A stretch of 64,000 nt of DNA from a virus, in IMG/VR virus record IMGVR_UViG_3300036790_000396, positions 82,945-146,944 of that record; one strand, 5' to 3'. Of the stretch, positions 37,393-47,337 are shown piece by piece. Within the stretch, counting starts at the first letter, position 1, and every line of letters starts with the position of its first letter. The notes below the pieces were generated by a model, which saw only the letters and a list, made by a program, of their open reading frames with translations, was not told the origin of the DNA and ran no database searches. The translations under genes and the position numbers were made by a program.

Positions 37393-38262
37393 TCAGTTCT
37401 CGCTGCCGCCGTCCTCCTGCAGGGCCTCCAGCAGGATGCGCCCGGCTTCCAGGATCTCCTCGCGCGAGGGCTTCAGGTAGACGATGGCCTTCGCCATGCG
37501 GACGGGATCGTCGCGGAAGGAACCGAGCCCGGAATTGCAATCCCGGTCCAGGTAGCCCCGGATGCGCCCGTTCTCGTGATCGTGATCGACGCACAGGGAC
37601 GTCCCGTTGGTGCCCTTGGCGTTGGGCTCGCCTCCGCAGATGTCGCAGCGGCCAAACCGCTTTGCTACCTGGGCGTCGTACTCGGCTCCCGTGACGCCGT
37701 ACGCGCGCTTGAGGGCAGCGTCCCGGACCTGGCGCCGGTACGCGGGATTGCGCTCGCGCCATTCGGCGTGCTTTTCCTTGATGACCTCGGCGTTGGCGTT
37801 GCGGTAGTCCTCGGCGCTCTGGTGCTCCCGGTTGGAGCACACCCATCCCTTGCCGCGATCGGCTTTCTGGAGAATTCCGACGCGGCTTCCGCAGCCCCGG
37901 CAGTCAGCTGTCCGGCTCTCGGGATCGATGTTCACCAGGTAGTGCTGCGTGACGAGCCGGCCGAGGCATCTCCACTGAGTGCGTCCCGTCTTGGTCTTGC
38001 CGTGGATCCGGATGCTGACGGGGCCGCAAATCGAGCACGTGGCCGTGCGCATCGTCTCGTCGACGTCACTCAGGCCGTGCGTGATCTTGTGGCCGGCGTG
38101 CCCGCGGACGAACCGCTTCGGCTCCCCGGCGGTGTAGCCGTTCGCAGTCTCGGACTGCGTGGCGATAGTGGTCTCCTGCCCGCACCCGCAGTGGCACGTC
38201 CCGTAGGGAATCGTGCACCCGGGGGTACACGGGCAGGTCTGGTTACCAAGGTTGCTTGTCAT
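37393..38262 (-). CDS. endonuclease VII-type homing endonuclease
   Basis: YGVT...CDICG...LCVDHDHENGRIRGYLDRDCNSGLGSFRDDP; N-terminal Zn repeats. Confidence 0.88.
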   Translation of the reverse strand: MTSNLGNQTCPCTPGCTIPYGTCHCGCGQETTIATQSETANGYTAGEPKRFVRGHAGHKITHGLSDVDETMRTATCSICGPVSIRIHGKTKTGRTQWRCLGRLVTQHYLVNIDPESRTADCRGCGSRVGILQKADRGKGWVCSNREHQSAEDYRNANAEVIKEKHAEWRERNPAYRRQVRDAALKRAYGVTGAEYDAQVAKRFGRCDICGGEPNAKGTNGTSLCVDHDHENGRIRGYLDRDCNSGLGSFRDDPVRMAKAIVYLKPSREEILEAGRILLEALQEDGGSEN

Positions 38263-38390
38263 AACTCCGAAGGTACCAGAGAGCAGAGCCTGTTTAAACA
38301 GGCTCTTTCGTCCGTTCAAACGGATGATCAGCCCGCAGTTCTACTCGGCGCTGAGGGGAAAGCCCTCGAACACAGATTGGAAAAAGCGCG

Positions 38391-39128
38391 GTGATCAGGA
38401 CCTACCTCAGCAACGACTATATCAAAAGGACGATCCGTCCCCTCTTTACCTGGACGCAGGCAACGCCCAAGCCGGTGTTCCTCGACCCGAACTGGACGCG
38501 GTCGGTGCCGATCTGGCCGGGCATGGGCTTCGTCCGGACCGTGGGCGACCTCGTCACCCTCGCCGGCTCGAACAACGCCCAGCTGAACAGTGCCTACGGC
38601 ACGGCGACCGACGGCAGCGCCGGCGCCTGGGGACACGCGGGCACGTCCGGCAACGGCTCGTACGCCCTCAGCACCACGTACGGGACGCCTCCCGTCTACG
38701 GGCTCGGCGGGCTGTACGTCGGCGGCGACGGCATCGACGAGCTGCTGTACGCGGGCATCAACGCCTTCTCGGTCTGGGTCCTGGGCCCCGACGCGGAGTT
38801 CGAGATCCTCGCGCCGGCGTTCGACCCCACCAGCACCTGGGACGACCCGCAGGTGCTGTCCGGCAGCGGCATGACCGGCGGCGGCTCCGCACTCGTCGGC
38901 GTCGCCCTGCAGAACGCCAGCGGGGCCCAGGGCTCGGCTCAGCTCGGCACCGGCACCCTCCAGGGGCAGCTCGTCCCCTGGGCAGCGTCGGCATCCATCT
39001 CGGCCCCGGTCGCGAAGCTGCTGAAGCAGAACTCCAGCACGAAGATCACGATCGGCGGCCTGTCGCCGTACGACGCCAACCAGATCCTGGCTGGCATCGG
39101 CACGGCCGGCACTGTCGGCGTCAACTAA
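38391..39128 (+). CDS. capsid decoration/minor head protein
   Basis: KRTIRPLF..QATP..FLDP.W.RS..IWPGM resembles the gene preceding the capsid gene in Bxz1-like phages. Confidence 0.7.
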   Translation: MIRTYLSNDYIKRTIRPLFTWTQATPKPVFLDPNWTRSVPIWPGMGFVRTVGDLVTLAGSNNAQLNSAYGTATDGSAGAWGHAGTSGNGSYALSTTYGTPPVYGLGGLYVGGDGIDELLYAGINAFSVWVLGPDAEFEILAPAFDPTSTWDDPQVLSGSGMTGGGSALVGVALQNASGAQGSAQLGTGTLQGQLVPWAASASISAPVAKLLKQNSSTKITIGGLSPYDANQILAGIGTAGTVGVN

Positions 39129-39159
39129 GGCGACGAGAGAAAAGGAAGGTAAGGCAGCG

Positions 39160-40179
39160 ATGACCGAACTCGCGACGCTGGCCCCCCAGGGGCAGCTGAC
39201 CGCGCAGGGCGCTCCGTCCGGGCTGCGCCGCGTAGCGGCTCGCAAGTCTGACGACTACGTCACGGACATCGAGCGGCGGCGGGCCTCCCGCTCGCCGCTC
39301 ACCCGTGAGGCCAAGGTCCGCAAGATGGCCCTGGTCCTGTCCGACGAGATGCACGGCTTCCGCCGCCTGGGCGTCGGCATGGTCGGCCCCATCCAGCTCA
39401 AGCTCCGCTATCAGGGCATCACCCGCAACGTCCTGGTGGAGGACCCGGTCACCCCCGGCACTCCCGTCGAGTACGACGTGTGGGACGACCTGGGCCAGGC
39501 GTACATCCTGTCCGGCACCGAGGGCGAGGTCCGCGTGACCCCGTTCGAGGGCAAGCGGATCCCGGTCCGGTTCTTCCGGATCGCGTCCCGCCCGGCGATC
39601 CGCAAGGAAGACCTCTTCTACCTGCGGATCAACGCGGTCGAGCAGGCCCAGGACGAGACCAAGCAGGCGATCCTGAAGCAGGAGGACGCGCGGCTGCTCG
39701 TCATCCTGCAGGCCGCCGTCACGGACTACGCCACCCGCCCTGACCACGTCGTCACCCCGAACCACAACATCACCGAGGCCAGCGGCTACCTGACGCCGGG
39801 CTCCCTGTACTCCGCGGTCGCGATGACCGACCTGCACGAGCTTCCCTCGGCGCGGATCCTCATCAACCCGTTCGACTTCCGGGACCTGTACAGATGGGAC
39901 ATAAACCAGACAGGATGGGCTTTTAAGGACAGGGTGGTAGCTGGTGAGACAATCACCTCATTTGGTGAGTTTCAGCTCCAGCGCTCCATCATCGTCCCGC
40001 AGGCCAAGATCTTCCTGACGCCCGAGCCGAACTTCCTGGGCGTTTTTCCAGTTCTGTACTCTCTTGATGTGGAAGAGAACCATCTGGTCGAGGCTTTCTG
40101 GAAAGGTTGGGTTTTCGACGAAATGGTGGCCATGTCGATCCTTAACCCAAGGGGCATAGCTACTATAACGAAAAGCTGA
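39160..40179 (+). CDS. major capsid protein (HK97 fold)
   Basis: GPIQLKLRYQGITRNVLVED...PFEGKR...FRIAS.P.I.KEDL...GWVFDE resembles Bxz1-type MCP; length and position fit. Confidence 0.88.
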   Translation: MTELATLAPQGQLTAQGAPSGLRRVAARKSDDYVTDIERRRASRSPLTREAKVRKMALVLSDEMHGFRRLGVGMVGPIQLKLRYQGITRNVLVEDPVTPGTPVEYDVWDDLGQAYILSGTEGEVRVTPFEGKRIPVRFFRIASRPAIRKEDLFYLRINAVEQAQDETKQAILKQEDARLLVILQAAVTDYATRPDHVVTPNHNITEASGYLTPGSLYSAVAMTDLHELPSARILINPFDFRDLYRWDINQTGWAFKDRVVAGETITSFGEFQLQRSIIVPQAKIFLTPEPNFLGVFPVLYSLDVEENHLVEAFWKGWVFDEMVAMSILNPRGIATITKS

Positions 40180-40233
40180 GTATTTTCTGTGATGGTCTCA
40201 GCGAAGATCATCACAGATGATACAAGGTCATCG

Positions 40234-40295
40234 TTGACATGACTCACCCTCTCCGTGTAGCCTGACATCAGGATCACATGGAGAGGGTGAGTCAT
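40234..40295 (+). promoter_or_regulatory. sigma70-like promoter inside an RBS-sequestering hairpin
   Basis: TTGACA-18nt-TAGCCT; ATGACTCACCCTCTCC (40239-54) pairs with GGAGAGGGTGAGTCAT (40280-95). Confidence 0.75.
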
Positions 40296-40297
40296 TT

Positions 40298-41275
40298 ATG
40301 GCACCAAAATCGTCAAAGCCGAAGTACATTGACGAGGTCAAGCGGCTCTACATCACGGAGCTGTGGTCTCTTAGCGAGATCAGTCAGCGGCTTGGCCCGA
40401 GCGTGCAGACACTTTCTCGCTGGCTGGGTGAAGAGGGGATCGAGCTAGCCGCCCGGCCCCGCGACCCTAACGCAGGACGCACGCCAGGGGCCCAGGCCGA
40501 GATCAATCAGCGCATCAGTGCCGCTCAGGCTGCGCGCCTGGAGTCCGGCGGCAACCGCGGCGGCCGGGTAAAGCAGTTTGCCGAAGAGACGCGTTCCTGC
40601 GCGAATCCGGGATGTGATGCCGCTTTCCGTGTCCGCGAAGACTCCTCGCAGCAGTTCTGCAGCCGCCAGTGCGCACGCACGGTGGGCAATAAGCAGCGGT
40701 GGGACGGGAAGAAAAATATGACCACATGCCCGTGTGGTGAGATATTCTACAGCCCGTATCCGAAGAAATATCATTCAGATGAATGCCGACAGGAATACGG
40801 CGGCAAGAGGCAGCCTAACCCGGCTAACACTCTTACGGGGATCTGCCAGAATCCTGGCTGCCCGCAGTCGGCTCGTGAGTTCTCTTACCCGAAATCGCAA
40901 GGGCACCGGAAGTACTGTTCTGATAAGTGCTCGCAGGAGCATGTGCGTCCCATCGAGCAGCTGAACGGCCTGGAAAAGCAGTTCACCGGCTTGTGCGAGC
41001 TGACGGGCATCGGCTGGCGTCGGCCTTTCGCCGACGAGCAGATCTCGTGGGGCGAGCGCGGATCTTACGCGCCTGACTTCATCTGCGAGTGGCAGGGCTC
41101 CGTGGTTGCCATCGAGACCAAGGGCGACTACTGGATTAAGGAAGACACCCATGCCAAGATCGACGCGTGGCGCGCTCGCAAGGAGATTCCCGTGATTCTC
41201 CTGTTCGAGTCCCAGGTGAGGGAGCTGCGGATGATTCCCGATGCGGCTGCCTTCTGGATGCGGCTGCAGGGATAG
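40298..41275 (+). CDS. free-standing PD-(D/E)XK endonuclease with HTH and Zn-finger repeats
   Basis: N-terminal HTH; C.NPGC...F/YCS..C repeats; YAPDF...IETKG. Confidence 0.8.
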   Translation: MAPKSSKPKYIDEVKRLYITELWSLSEISQRLGPSVQTLSRWLGEEGIELAARPRDPNAGRTPGAQAEINQRISAAQAARLESGGNRGGRVKQFAEETRSCANPGCDAAFRVREDSSQQFCSRQCARTVGNKQRWDGKKNMTTCPCGEIFYSPYPKKYHSDECRQEYGGKRQPNPANTLTGICQNPGCPQSAREFSYPKSQGHRKYCSDKCSQEHVRPIEQLNGLEKQFTGLCELTGIGWRRPFADEQISWGERGSYAPDFICEWQGSVVAIETKGDYWIKEDTHAKIDAWRARKEIPVILLFESQVRELRMIPDAAAFWMRLQG

Positions 41276-41288
41276 GCTCTGCGATGTA

Positions 41289-41327
41289 GTGCCCCGGCCT
41301 CTCTGGGAGATGTGAGGCCGGGGCACT
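41289..41327 (+). terminator. hairpin terminator, copy 1 of an identical 39-nt repeat
   Basis: GTGCCCCGGCCTC...GAGGCCGGGGCAC then TGTTCTT. Confidence 0.7.
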
Positions 41328-41534
41328 GTTCTTGCCTCATGAGCGAGCCGGAGCCAGCGGACGCCGCGCCGCGCACCGCGGGGCTGTCCGGCTGTAGTTG
41401 CAGTGTCACTTACTCCCGGCCGCAAGCGCAGGGGTTCCTGTGCCGCAAGGACCGGAAACGGCCCTCTGCGCCCGGCGCAAGCGCACGGCCGGGCCGCAAG
41501 CGCGGGGTCATGCCCGGCGCAAGCGTGCTAGCTT

Positions 41535-41825
41535 TTACCAATAAACCTTGCTATGCCACGCCAGGAGCGCCTCCATGGTCCTGGGCGCTCCTTCCTCCCA
41601 CCGCGCGCCCCGGTCGACTGCGGCCATCGCGAAGTTGCAGCGGTAGCACGCCTCGCCGCGGACGGCATCGTGGGCGTGGCAGTGCTCGAAGACGAAGGAG
41701 CCCTGCGCCTGCCCGCAGATGCCGCACGGCGACCGGGCGGGGCGGAAGCCGCCCTGCCGGCGCAGGAGGGCCAGCTCGCGGTAGCTCGATGAGGGGAAGT
41801 CGTCCATGGCCCTAGCATATACCAA
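41535..41825 (-). CDS. small EndoVII-like domain protein
   Basis: CGICG...FEHCHAHDAVRGEACYRCN. Confidence 0.65.
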   Translation of the reverse strand: MVYARAMDDFPSSSYRELALLRRQGGFRPARSPCGICGQAQGSFVFEHCHAHDAVRGEACYRCNFAMAAVDRGARWEEGAPRTMEALLAWHSKVYW

Positions 41826-42160
41826 GGTTTATTGGTAATATGGAGCTATCTCCTCCTCGGAAGGACCGATCTCATGAGCCTCGCCTCGCTGATCACCCCG
41901 CAGACCCGGCGCGAGCACCGCGCCACCTGGTACGCGTACGCCGGCGGCCGGGGGCAGCTCCTCCAGAAGATGCGCCATACGGCGCAGATGCGGGGCCACT
42001 GGGCCGGGTACGACGTGACGTGCTCCTGCGGGTGGGAGTCGCACACGGGAGGCGCCACCAGGGGCTGCGTGAGCGGGATGCTCTGGGACCACCGCTACGC
42101 GGCGCAGGCTAGCGCATAGCTTTTACCGGCAAGTGCGGCAGCGAGGTAAGCTGCGGCGCG

Positions 42161-42199
42161 GTGCCCCGGCCTCTCTGGGAGATGTGAGGCCGGGGCACT
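42161..42199 (+). terminator. hairpin terminator, copy 2
   Basis: Identical to 41289-41327. Confidence 0.7.
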
Positions 42200-42373
42200 A
42201 TTCTCTGATCTCTGAGGCCATATAACTCTCAGTTACTGGTTCAGGATCTACCAGGGTATTCTACCCAGGTCTATAGTCATATTTAACTGTTTTAATTGTC
42301 ACCCATTGTGTTCGCCGTCGAAGATGAGGATGATGAGGAAGGTGCAGCCAGCACATAGAGGCAAGGAGTAATA

Positions 42374-42517
42374 ATGCCTGGATTCGACGGAATACTGCAG
42401 CGGATAGGCAGCTGGGAGTGCGAGGCCGATCCTTCGCACCGCATCACTGTCAATAGCCGAGGCGAAGCTTCATGCGGAGTAGACCAGAGTCACGCAGTGA
42501 AGCGCGAAGAGAACTAG
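42374..42517 (+). CDS. 47-aa microprotein with two CxxDxSH motifs
   Basis: AGGAG RBS; MPGFDGILQRIGSWECEADPSHRITVNSRGEASCGVDQSHAVKREEN. Confidence 0.5.
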   Translation: MPGFDGILQRIGSWECEADPSHRITVNSRGEASCGVDQSHAVKREEN

Positions 42518-43249
42518 CTTTTATCAATAAACCTTGCTATCCTGGCCTCATGATCACTTCCGTACCTCCCCGCGAGGTCCCGGCCGACGAGGCCGGCGGC
42601 CATGCCGCCTGGCACGCCTGGCGCGAGCACCTCGGCCTGGGCACCGCCGGCCCCGACACGCTCATCTGGAACCGCCTCGCCTCCCGCAGCCGGGTCCTGT
42701 GGGTGCAGCGCGCCGCCGCTCCCGGCTGCTCCCTCCCCGACGACAGCGCGCTGCTGCGCCAGGTCATGGCCGCGCACGCCGCCAGCCCGGAGGCCGGCAA
42801 TGGCCGCGGCTGAGGGAGCGCCCGGCTCCTTCTCGGAGGCCAGGTGGTTCCGGGTGCTGTGCGAGATGACCGGGATCGGCTGCCGGCCGCCGGAGGAGCG
42901 GGAGCGGGCTGTCATGGCCACCGCGAATCCCTTCCTCATTGAGTATTCCGGCTACGCGCCCCTGTTCATCTGCCGGCACGGCACCGCCGTGACGGGCGTC
43001 GAGATCCACGACGGCGACCTCACTCCGGAGATGACCCGGGACCTGGGCACCTGGTGCGCCCGGACGGGCACTGCCGTCTCCCTCATCACCGCTGCGCACG
43101 TGCGCGACCTGCGCGCCCGCACGGAGGCTGATGACTTCTGGTCCTACCTCGCCGCGCGGGACGCGCTGAACATCACCGCCGTCCTCAACGCCGCCCTCCA
43201 GCTGCCGCCGCGGGAGAATCCGCCCTCCCGTCCTTCCTGACGTCCCCGG

Positions 43250-43283
43250 CGCCCCGGTCCCCCGAAGGACCGGGGCGTTTTCG
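43250..43283 (+). terminator. intrinsic terminator
   Basis: CGCCCCGGTCC/GGACCGGGGCG followed by TTTT. Confidence 0.7.
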
Positions 43284-43319
43284 TTGTTTTTCCTAAGATT
43301 TATTGATACTGTGGATCTC

Positions 43320-43919
43320 ATGAAGACCATCACCGTCGCCGCCCCCCTCCTGGGCGCTCTTGCCATCGCCGGCCTCGCCGCCTGCGCCCCTGCCACCGTC
43401 ACCGCCGTCTCCTCCGCGCCCGCGGCGCCCCCGGTGCCCCCGGCCTCCGCGCCGGCTCCGAGCGCCTCTCCCTCCCCCTCCGCCACGGCGGCCTCCCTCG
43501 GCACCACCTTCGAGGTGACGTCGGAGAACACGTCCGACGGAAGCCCCGTCACCTACAGGGTCACCCTCGACAAGGTCGACCAGGACGCGCAGCTCGGCGC
43601 CTACCAGACCCCCGACAACCCCTCCGACCACATGGCCGCCGCCGAGTTCACCGTCACCGGCGTGACCGGGCAGGCGTCCGACGACGTCAACTCCGACGCC
43701 GTCGCCCTGGACGGCGATACCTCGGTCCTGCAGGCGTCGTTCGACGACGTGTCCGACGGCGGCAATTTCAACTCCGGCACCTGGTCCGTCGGCCCCGGCG
43801 AGACGCAGTCCGGCTGGGCGGCGTTCGAGGTCCCCTCCGGCCAGAAGGTCACCGCCGTGCAGTGGCAGGCCGATGACGGCTTCGGCGGCTCCTCCGGCCA
43901 GTGGAACCTCGGCTCCTGA
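43320..43919 (+). CDS. lipoprotein, DUF4352-like Ig fold, leaderless
   Basis: Lipobox LAAC; Pro/Ser linker; VGPGETQSGWAAFEVP. Confidence 0.75.
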   Translation: MKTITVAAPLLGALAIAGLAACAPATVTAVSSAPAAPPVPPASAPAPSASPSPSATAASLGTTFEVTSENTSDGSPVTYRVTLDKVDQDAQLGAYQTPDNPSDHMAAAEFTVTGVTGQASDDVNSDAVALDGDTSVLQASFDDVSDGGNFNSGTWSVGPGETQSGWAAFEVPSGQKVTAVQWQADDGFGGSSGQWNLGS

Positions 43920-44398
43920 CCCTCTTCACCCGCGCCCCGTCTCCTTCCCGGAGGCGGGGCGCTTTGCTATCTTTATTGGCATGGACAGCATGGACAGCAC
44001 GGAAGATGGCGCGGAACGCATTGCCACGGCAATTCTTGATCTCTACACGAAGCTGGTGCCCGGACGCCGCGAGAAGCACCCGGTGATGGAGGCGGTCGAG
44101 CTGGCCGTCACGGTGTTCGACCCCTCGGCTGAGCCTTACAGTGATTTCGAACTGCACAGGGCCTGGGGAAACGTTTCCGGGGAATATTACGCACAGGTGA
44201 TCGAGGGATGAAGCTCTCCGGACTCATGACCGCCCGGCAGGTGCGCCGGCAGGAGCCGCTCTCCGTCCGGGTCCGGTACTGGCCGGGCTGGCTGAAGAAC
44301 CGGATCGAGATCGCCGTCATCCGGCAGCGGCTGCGCGCGCAGAAGGCGCATGCCGGGTACCTGCGCCGGACCTGGATCCCGTAGCTATAATCCTTGGT

Positions 44399-45031
44399 AT
44401 GGACATCTACCTCGTGATCCACGAGACACATAACGCCGACACGGAGGTGACTCCCTTCGTTCTCGACCTCGACGCCTTCCGGTTCGCCTCGCAGCAGGTC
44501 CAGGATTCCTTCGCCGGGTCCGGCACCATCCCCGACCCCCGCGAGTTCGAGATGGAACTCACGCAGGTCATGGCCGCTGCCGGCTGGATGTGGTACTGCC
44601 GCTACCATCCCGAGGGCGACTCGGTCCGCGTCGTGAAGCGGGAGCTGCGCGGCGTCGAGACGGCTCCCGGGTTCCTTCCCTCCTCCTGGATGCCGTCCCC
44701 GGAGGAGACCGCGGAGCTGGCGCAGACCCTCGCGAACGTGACGAACCTCTCCCGCACTCCCGTCAAGCCCTTCCTGTATGACGTGTATGACAACCTGGGC
44801 CAGGCCGGGCCGTACCCTGTTCCTTCCGTGCGCCTGCCCGGCACGGAGCCGGGCGAGCACGTTCCCGTCACGGGCACGTGGCACAGCACCGCTGAGGATT
44901 CCGCCAGCGACGAGGACGAGTTCGCCGCCTGGTGGGACGAGGCCGCGGAGCTGAGCAAGTACGAGGACATCCGCCAGGCGGCCCGCAGCACCTGGATGGC
45001 GGCGCGCGGCTGGACGGGGGAGAACGGATGA
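44399..45031 (+). CDS. hypothetical protein, leaderless
   Basis: TATAAT 7 nt before ATG; C-terminal F..WW...W.AAR module. Confidence 0.6.
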   Translation: MDIYLVIHETHNADTEVTPFVLDLDAFRFASQQVQDSFAGSGTIPDPREFEMELTQVMAAAGWMWYCRYHPEGDSVRVVKRELRGVETAPGFLPSSWMPSPEETAELAQTLANVTNLSRTPVKPFLYDVYDNLGQAGPYPVPSVRLPGTEPGEHVPVTGTWHSTAEDSASDEDEFAAWWDEAAELSKYEDIRQAARSTWMAARGWTGENG

Positions 45032-45741
45032 GCGACGGCGGCGCGCACCTGAACCGCACCGCGGTCAGGGACGTCCTGGGCTTCTGCCCGCAGGGCTGCG
45101 GGCAGACCCTGCACGTCATGGCGACGGGCGCGGTCCTGTGCCTGCACCGGGACTGCCCGGACCCGCAGTCCGTGCACACGATCCTGTCCGGTCAGGAGAC
45201 CGAGCACACTATCCGCTTCACCAATGAGGTGTGGACGGTGCTGCACCCGCTGCGCGAGCGCGCCGGCGATGCCCTCGAAGCCTGTCCCGTGTCCCTGTGG
45301 GTGTCCCGCACGATTGCCCAGTACCCGGAGCGCTTCCCGGTGAAGGAGAGCCGCTGGCGGCTGCTCCCGGACGGCGCGGGTGCCTGGGCCTGGGAGCCGC
45401 TGGAGCCGGGAGGGAAGCCGTGACGGAGATGCCCCTGGGCCGCGTTGCCTACGAGGCAGCGATCACGGAAGCGCGCAGGCAGGATTCGGGTACCGCGTTC
45501 ACGCCGTGGGAGGAGCTGGAGCCGTGGAAGCACGAGCGCTACGAGGCTGCCGTGCAGGCCGTCCTTCGAGGGAGGGAGCCGTGAGGTGCGCGGTGACCTG
45601 TGGAAGTGCCGCCGCTGCGCTGCGGTCATCTTCCCCGGCGACTGGGACATTCATGACCGGTTCCACGACGGTCTCGGCAGCACGGGCGTGAATGGTTAAT
45701 CCTCCTTCCCGCGGGCAGCTGCCGCTTAAAGGAGGACTGTC

Positions 45742-46197
45742 ATGACACTGACTGCAGCTCAGGCCGGCTCGCTGCCCGGCCGTACCGCCGTCACCTCGGA
45801 CGGCGAGCACGCCGGCAAGGTCTCGGACCTGTTCGCCGGCGCTGCGGGCGATCCCGAGTGGGTGACCCTGAAGTCCGGCGTCTTCGGCACCCGGGAGAAC
45901 TTCGCGCCCCTGTCCGGCGCGGCGGTCACCCCGGACGGGGACCTGTCCCTGGCGGTGACGCTCGCCCAGGTGCGGGACGCGCCCGGGACGGACGGCGACG
46001 GCTCCCTCACGCCGGGCGAGGTATCGCAGCTGTACGCCCACTACGGCATCCCGCCCGGTCCTGCCGCTCCCGCCGCGCAGCCGGGCTATTCCGCTCCCGG
46101 CCAGGAGCCTGCTGCTCCCGCAGCCCAGTCGGTGCCGGTGCTGCAGCGCTACGAGGTGACCGAGGAGACCCGTCAGGTCGGGAAGCGCAGGATCTGA
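45742..46197 (+). CDS. PRC-barrel domain protein
   Basis: G.T.V.SDGE..GKV.DLF....G.PEWVTLKSG.FG.RENFAPL; LYAHYG. Confidence 0.85.
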   Translation: MTLTAAQAGSLPGRTAVTSDGEHAGKVSDLFAGAAGDPEWVTLKSGVFGTRENFAPLSGAAVTPDGDLSLAVTLAQVRDAPGTDGDGSLTPGEVSQLYAHYGIPPGPAAPAAQPGYSAPGQEPAAPAAQSVPVLQRYEVTEETRQVGKRRI

Positions 46198-46295
46198 CCT
46201 GACACCGGAGGCACGGCTGCCGACAGGGACGGCAGCCGTGCCGTCATGTCCCCGTAAAGAATTGAAATACCAATAAATCTTGATACAGTAGGGGG

Positions 46296-46670
46296 ATGGA
46301 GAAGACTGCGGCCGAAAAGGCCAACTTCCAGCTGTACGCCATGATCGAAGAAACGTACGCGCGCCTCGACGCTGATCACTCGGTCCTCAACACGGTGCAG
46401 AGTGCCCTGTCAGAGGCGCGGCACTCGCCGGAGAAGGATCCCTATGCCCTCAACAAGGTGCTGCGCCGGTCCCTGTGCGTCCTCCAGGACATCCAGGCCA
46501 GCCAGCTGACCGTGACGCGCCGGGCCCGCATCACCATCGAGATGCCCCTCTTTTTCGGGGAGAGCGCCGAGGAGGCTGCCGGAAAGCTCCGCAGCGGGAC
46601 GCGCCGCAGCGACCTGACCCCGATTCTCGGCGATTTCGAGATCACCGGTGCGGAAGAAATCAGCTCATGA
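46296..46670 (+). CDS. hypothetical protein, leaderless
   Basis: TACCAATAAA..TGATACAGT 6 nt upstream of ATG. Confidence 0.6.
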   Translation: MEKTAAEKANFQLYAMIEETYARLDADHSVLNTVQSALSEARHSPEKDPYALNKVLRRSLCVLQDIQASQLTVTRRARITIEMPLFFGESAEEAAGKLRSGTRRSDLTPILGDFEITGAEEISS

Positions 46671-46972
46671 GCCTGAGCGCCGCTGACCTGCACGCTCTCG
46701 CGCGTTCAGCCGGCCAGCACTTCGCCGAGAGCCACGCTTCCGCCATCGTGCTCGCCTCGGCGGACGACGGCCTGACCACCACCGGGCTGGCCCGCTCGTT
46801 CGAGCAGGGGGTGCGCGACTTCGGCACCGACGAGGCCGCGTTCGCCCGCTGGTGGAGCGGGACGGAGATGAAGAACGCCAGGCGGCACGAGCCCGCCCAG
46901 CAGTCGGCGCAGCGGATGCTGGCCTGGCGCTCCTGGATGGCCGCCCGCGAGGGGCACGAAGGAAAGCAGTGA
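46667..46972 (+). CDS. hypothetical protein
   Basis: ATGA overlap; FARWW...WMAAR module. Confidence 0.5.
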   Translation: MSLSAADLHALARSAGQHFAESHASAIVLASADDGLTTTGLARSFEQGVRDFGTDEAAFARWWSGTEMKNARRHEPAQQSAQRMLAWRSWMAAREGHEGKQ

Positions 46973-46978
46973 GGGAGC

Positions 46979-47305
46979 ATGATGACAGCGGAGAATGAGT
47001 TCCCGGCCTCGTACATGCGGCGCGCAGCGCGCCAGTGGGGCCGCGACATGGCCCGGGAATGGCCGATGCGCCTCAGCCAGGCCATGAGGGAGGAGGGCCT
47101 GAGCCCCGGTGACCTGGGCACCGAGTTCGCCGCCGGCGTGAGCGAGCGCACGGCGCAGGAGCTGGAGTTCGACTCCTGGTGGGACGAGTTCCGGGGCGGC
47201 ATTATCGAGACGGACGCCCAGGGGCGCCTGATGCGCGATGCCGCCCAGCACGCGTGGCTGGCCGCCCGCGGCGCTGGCAAGAGGGAAGGACCGCCTCATG
47301 TCTAG
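46979..47305 (+). CDS. hypothetical protein
   Basis: GGAG RBS; FDSWW...WLAAR module. Confidence 0.55.
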   Translation: MMTAENEFPASYMRRAARQWGRDMAREWPMRLSQAMREEGLSPGDLGTEFAAGVSERTAQELEFDSWWDEFRGGIIETDAQGRLMRDAAQHAWLAARGAGKREGPPHV

Positions 47306-47337
47306 CAGTTACCCAGGTTTATTGATATTATAAGTTC

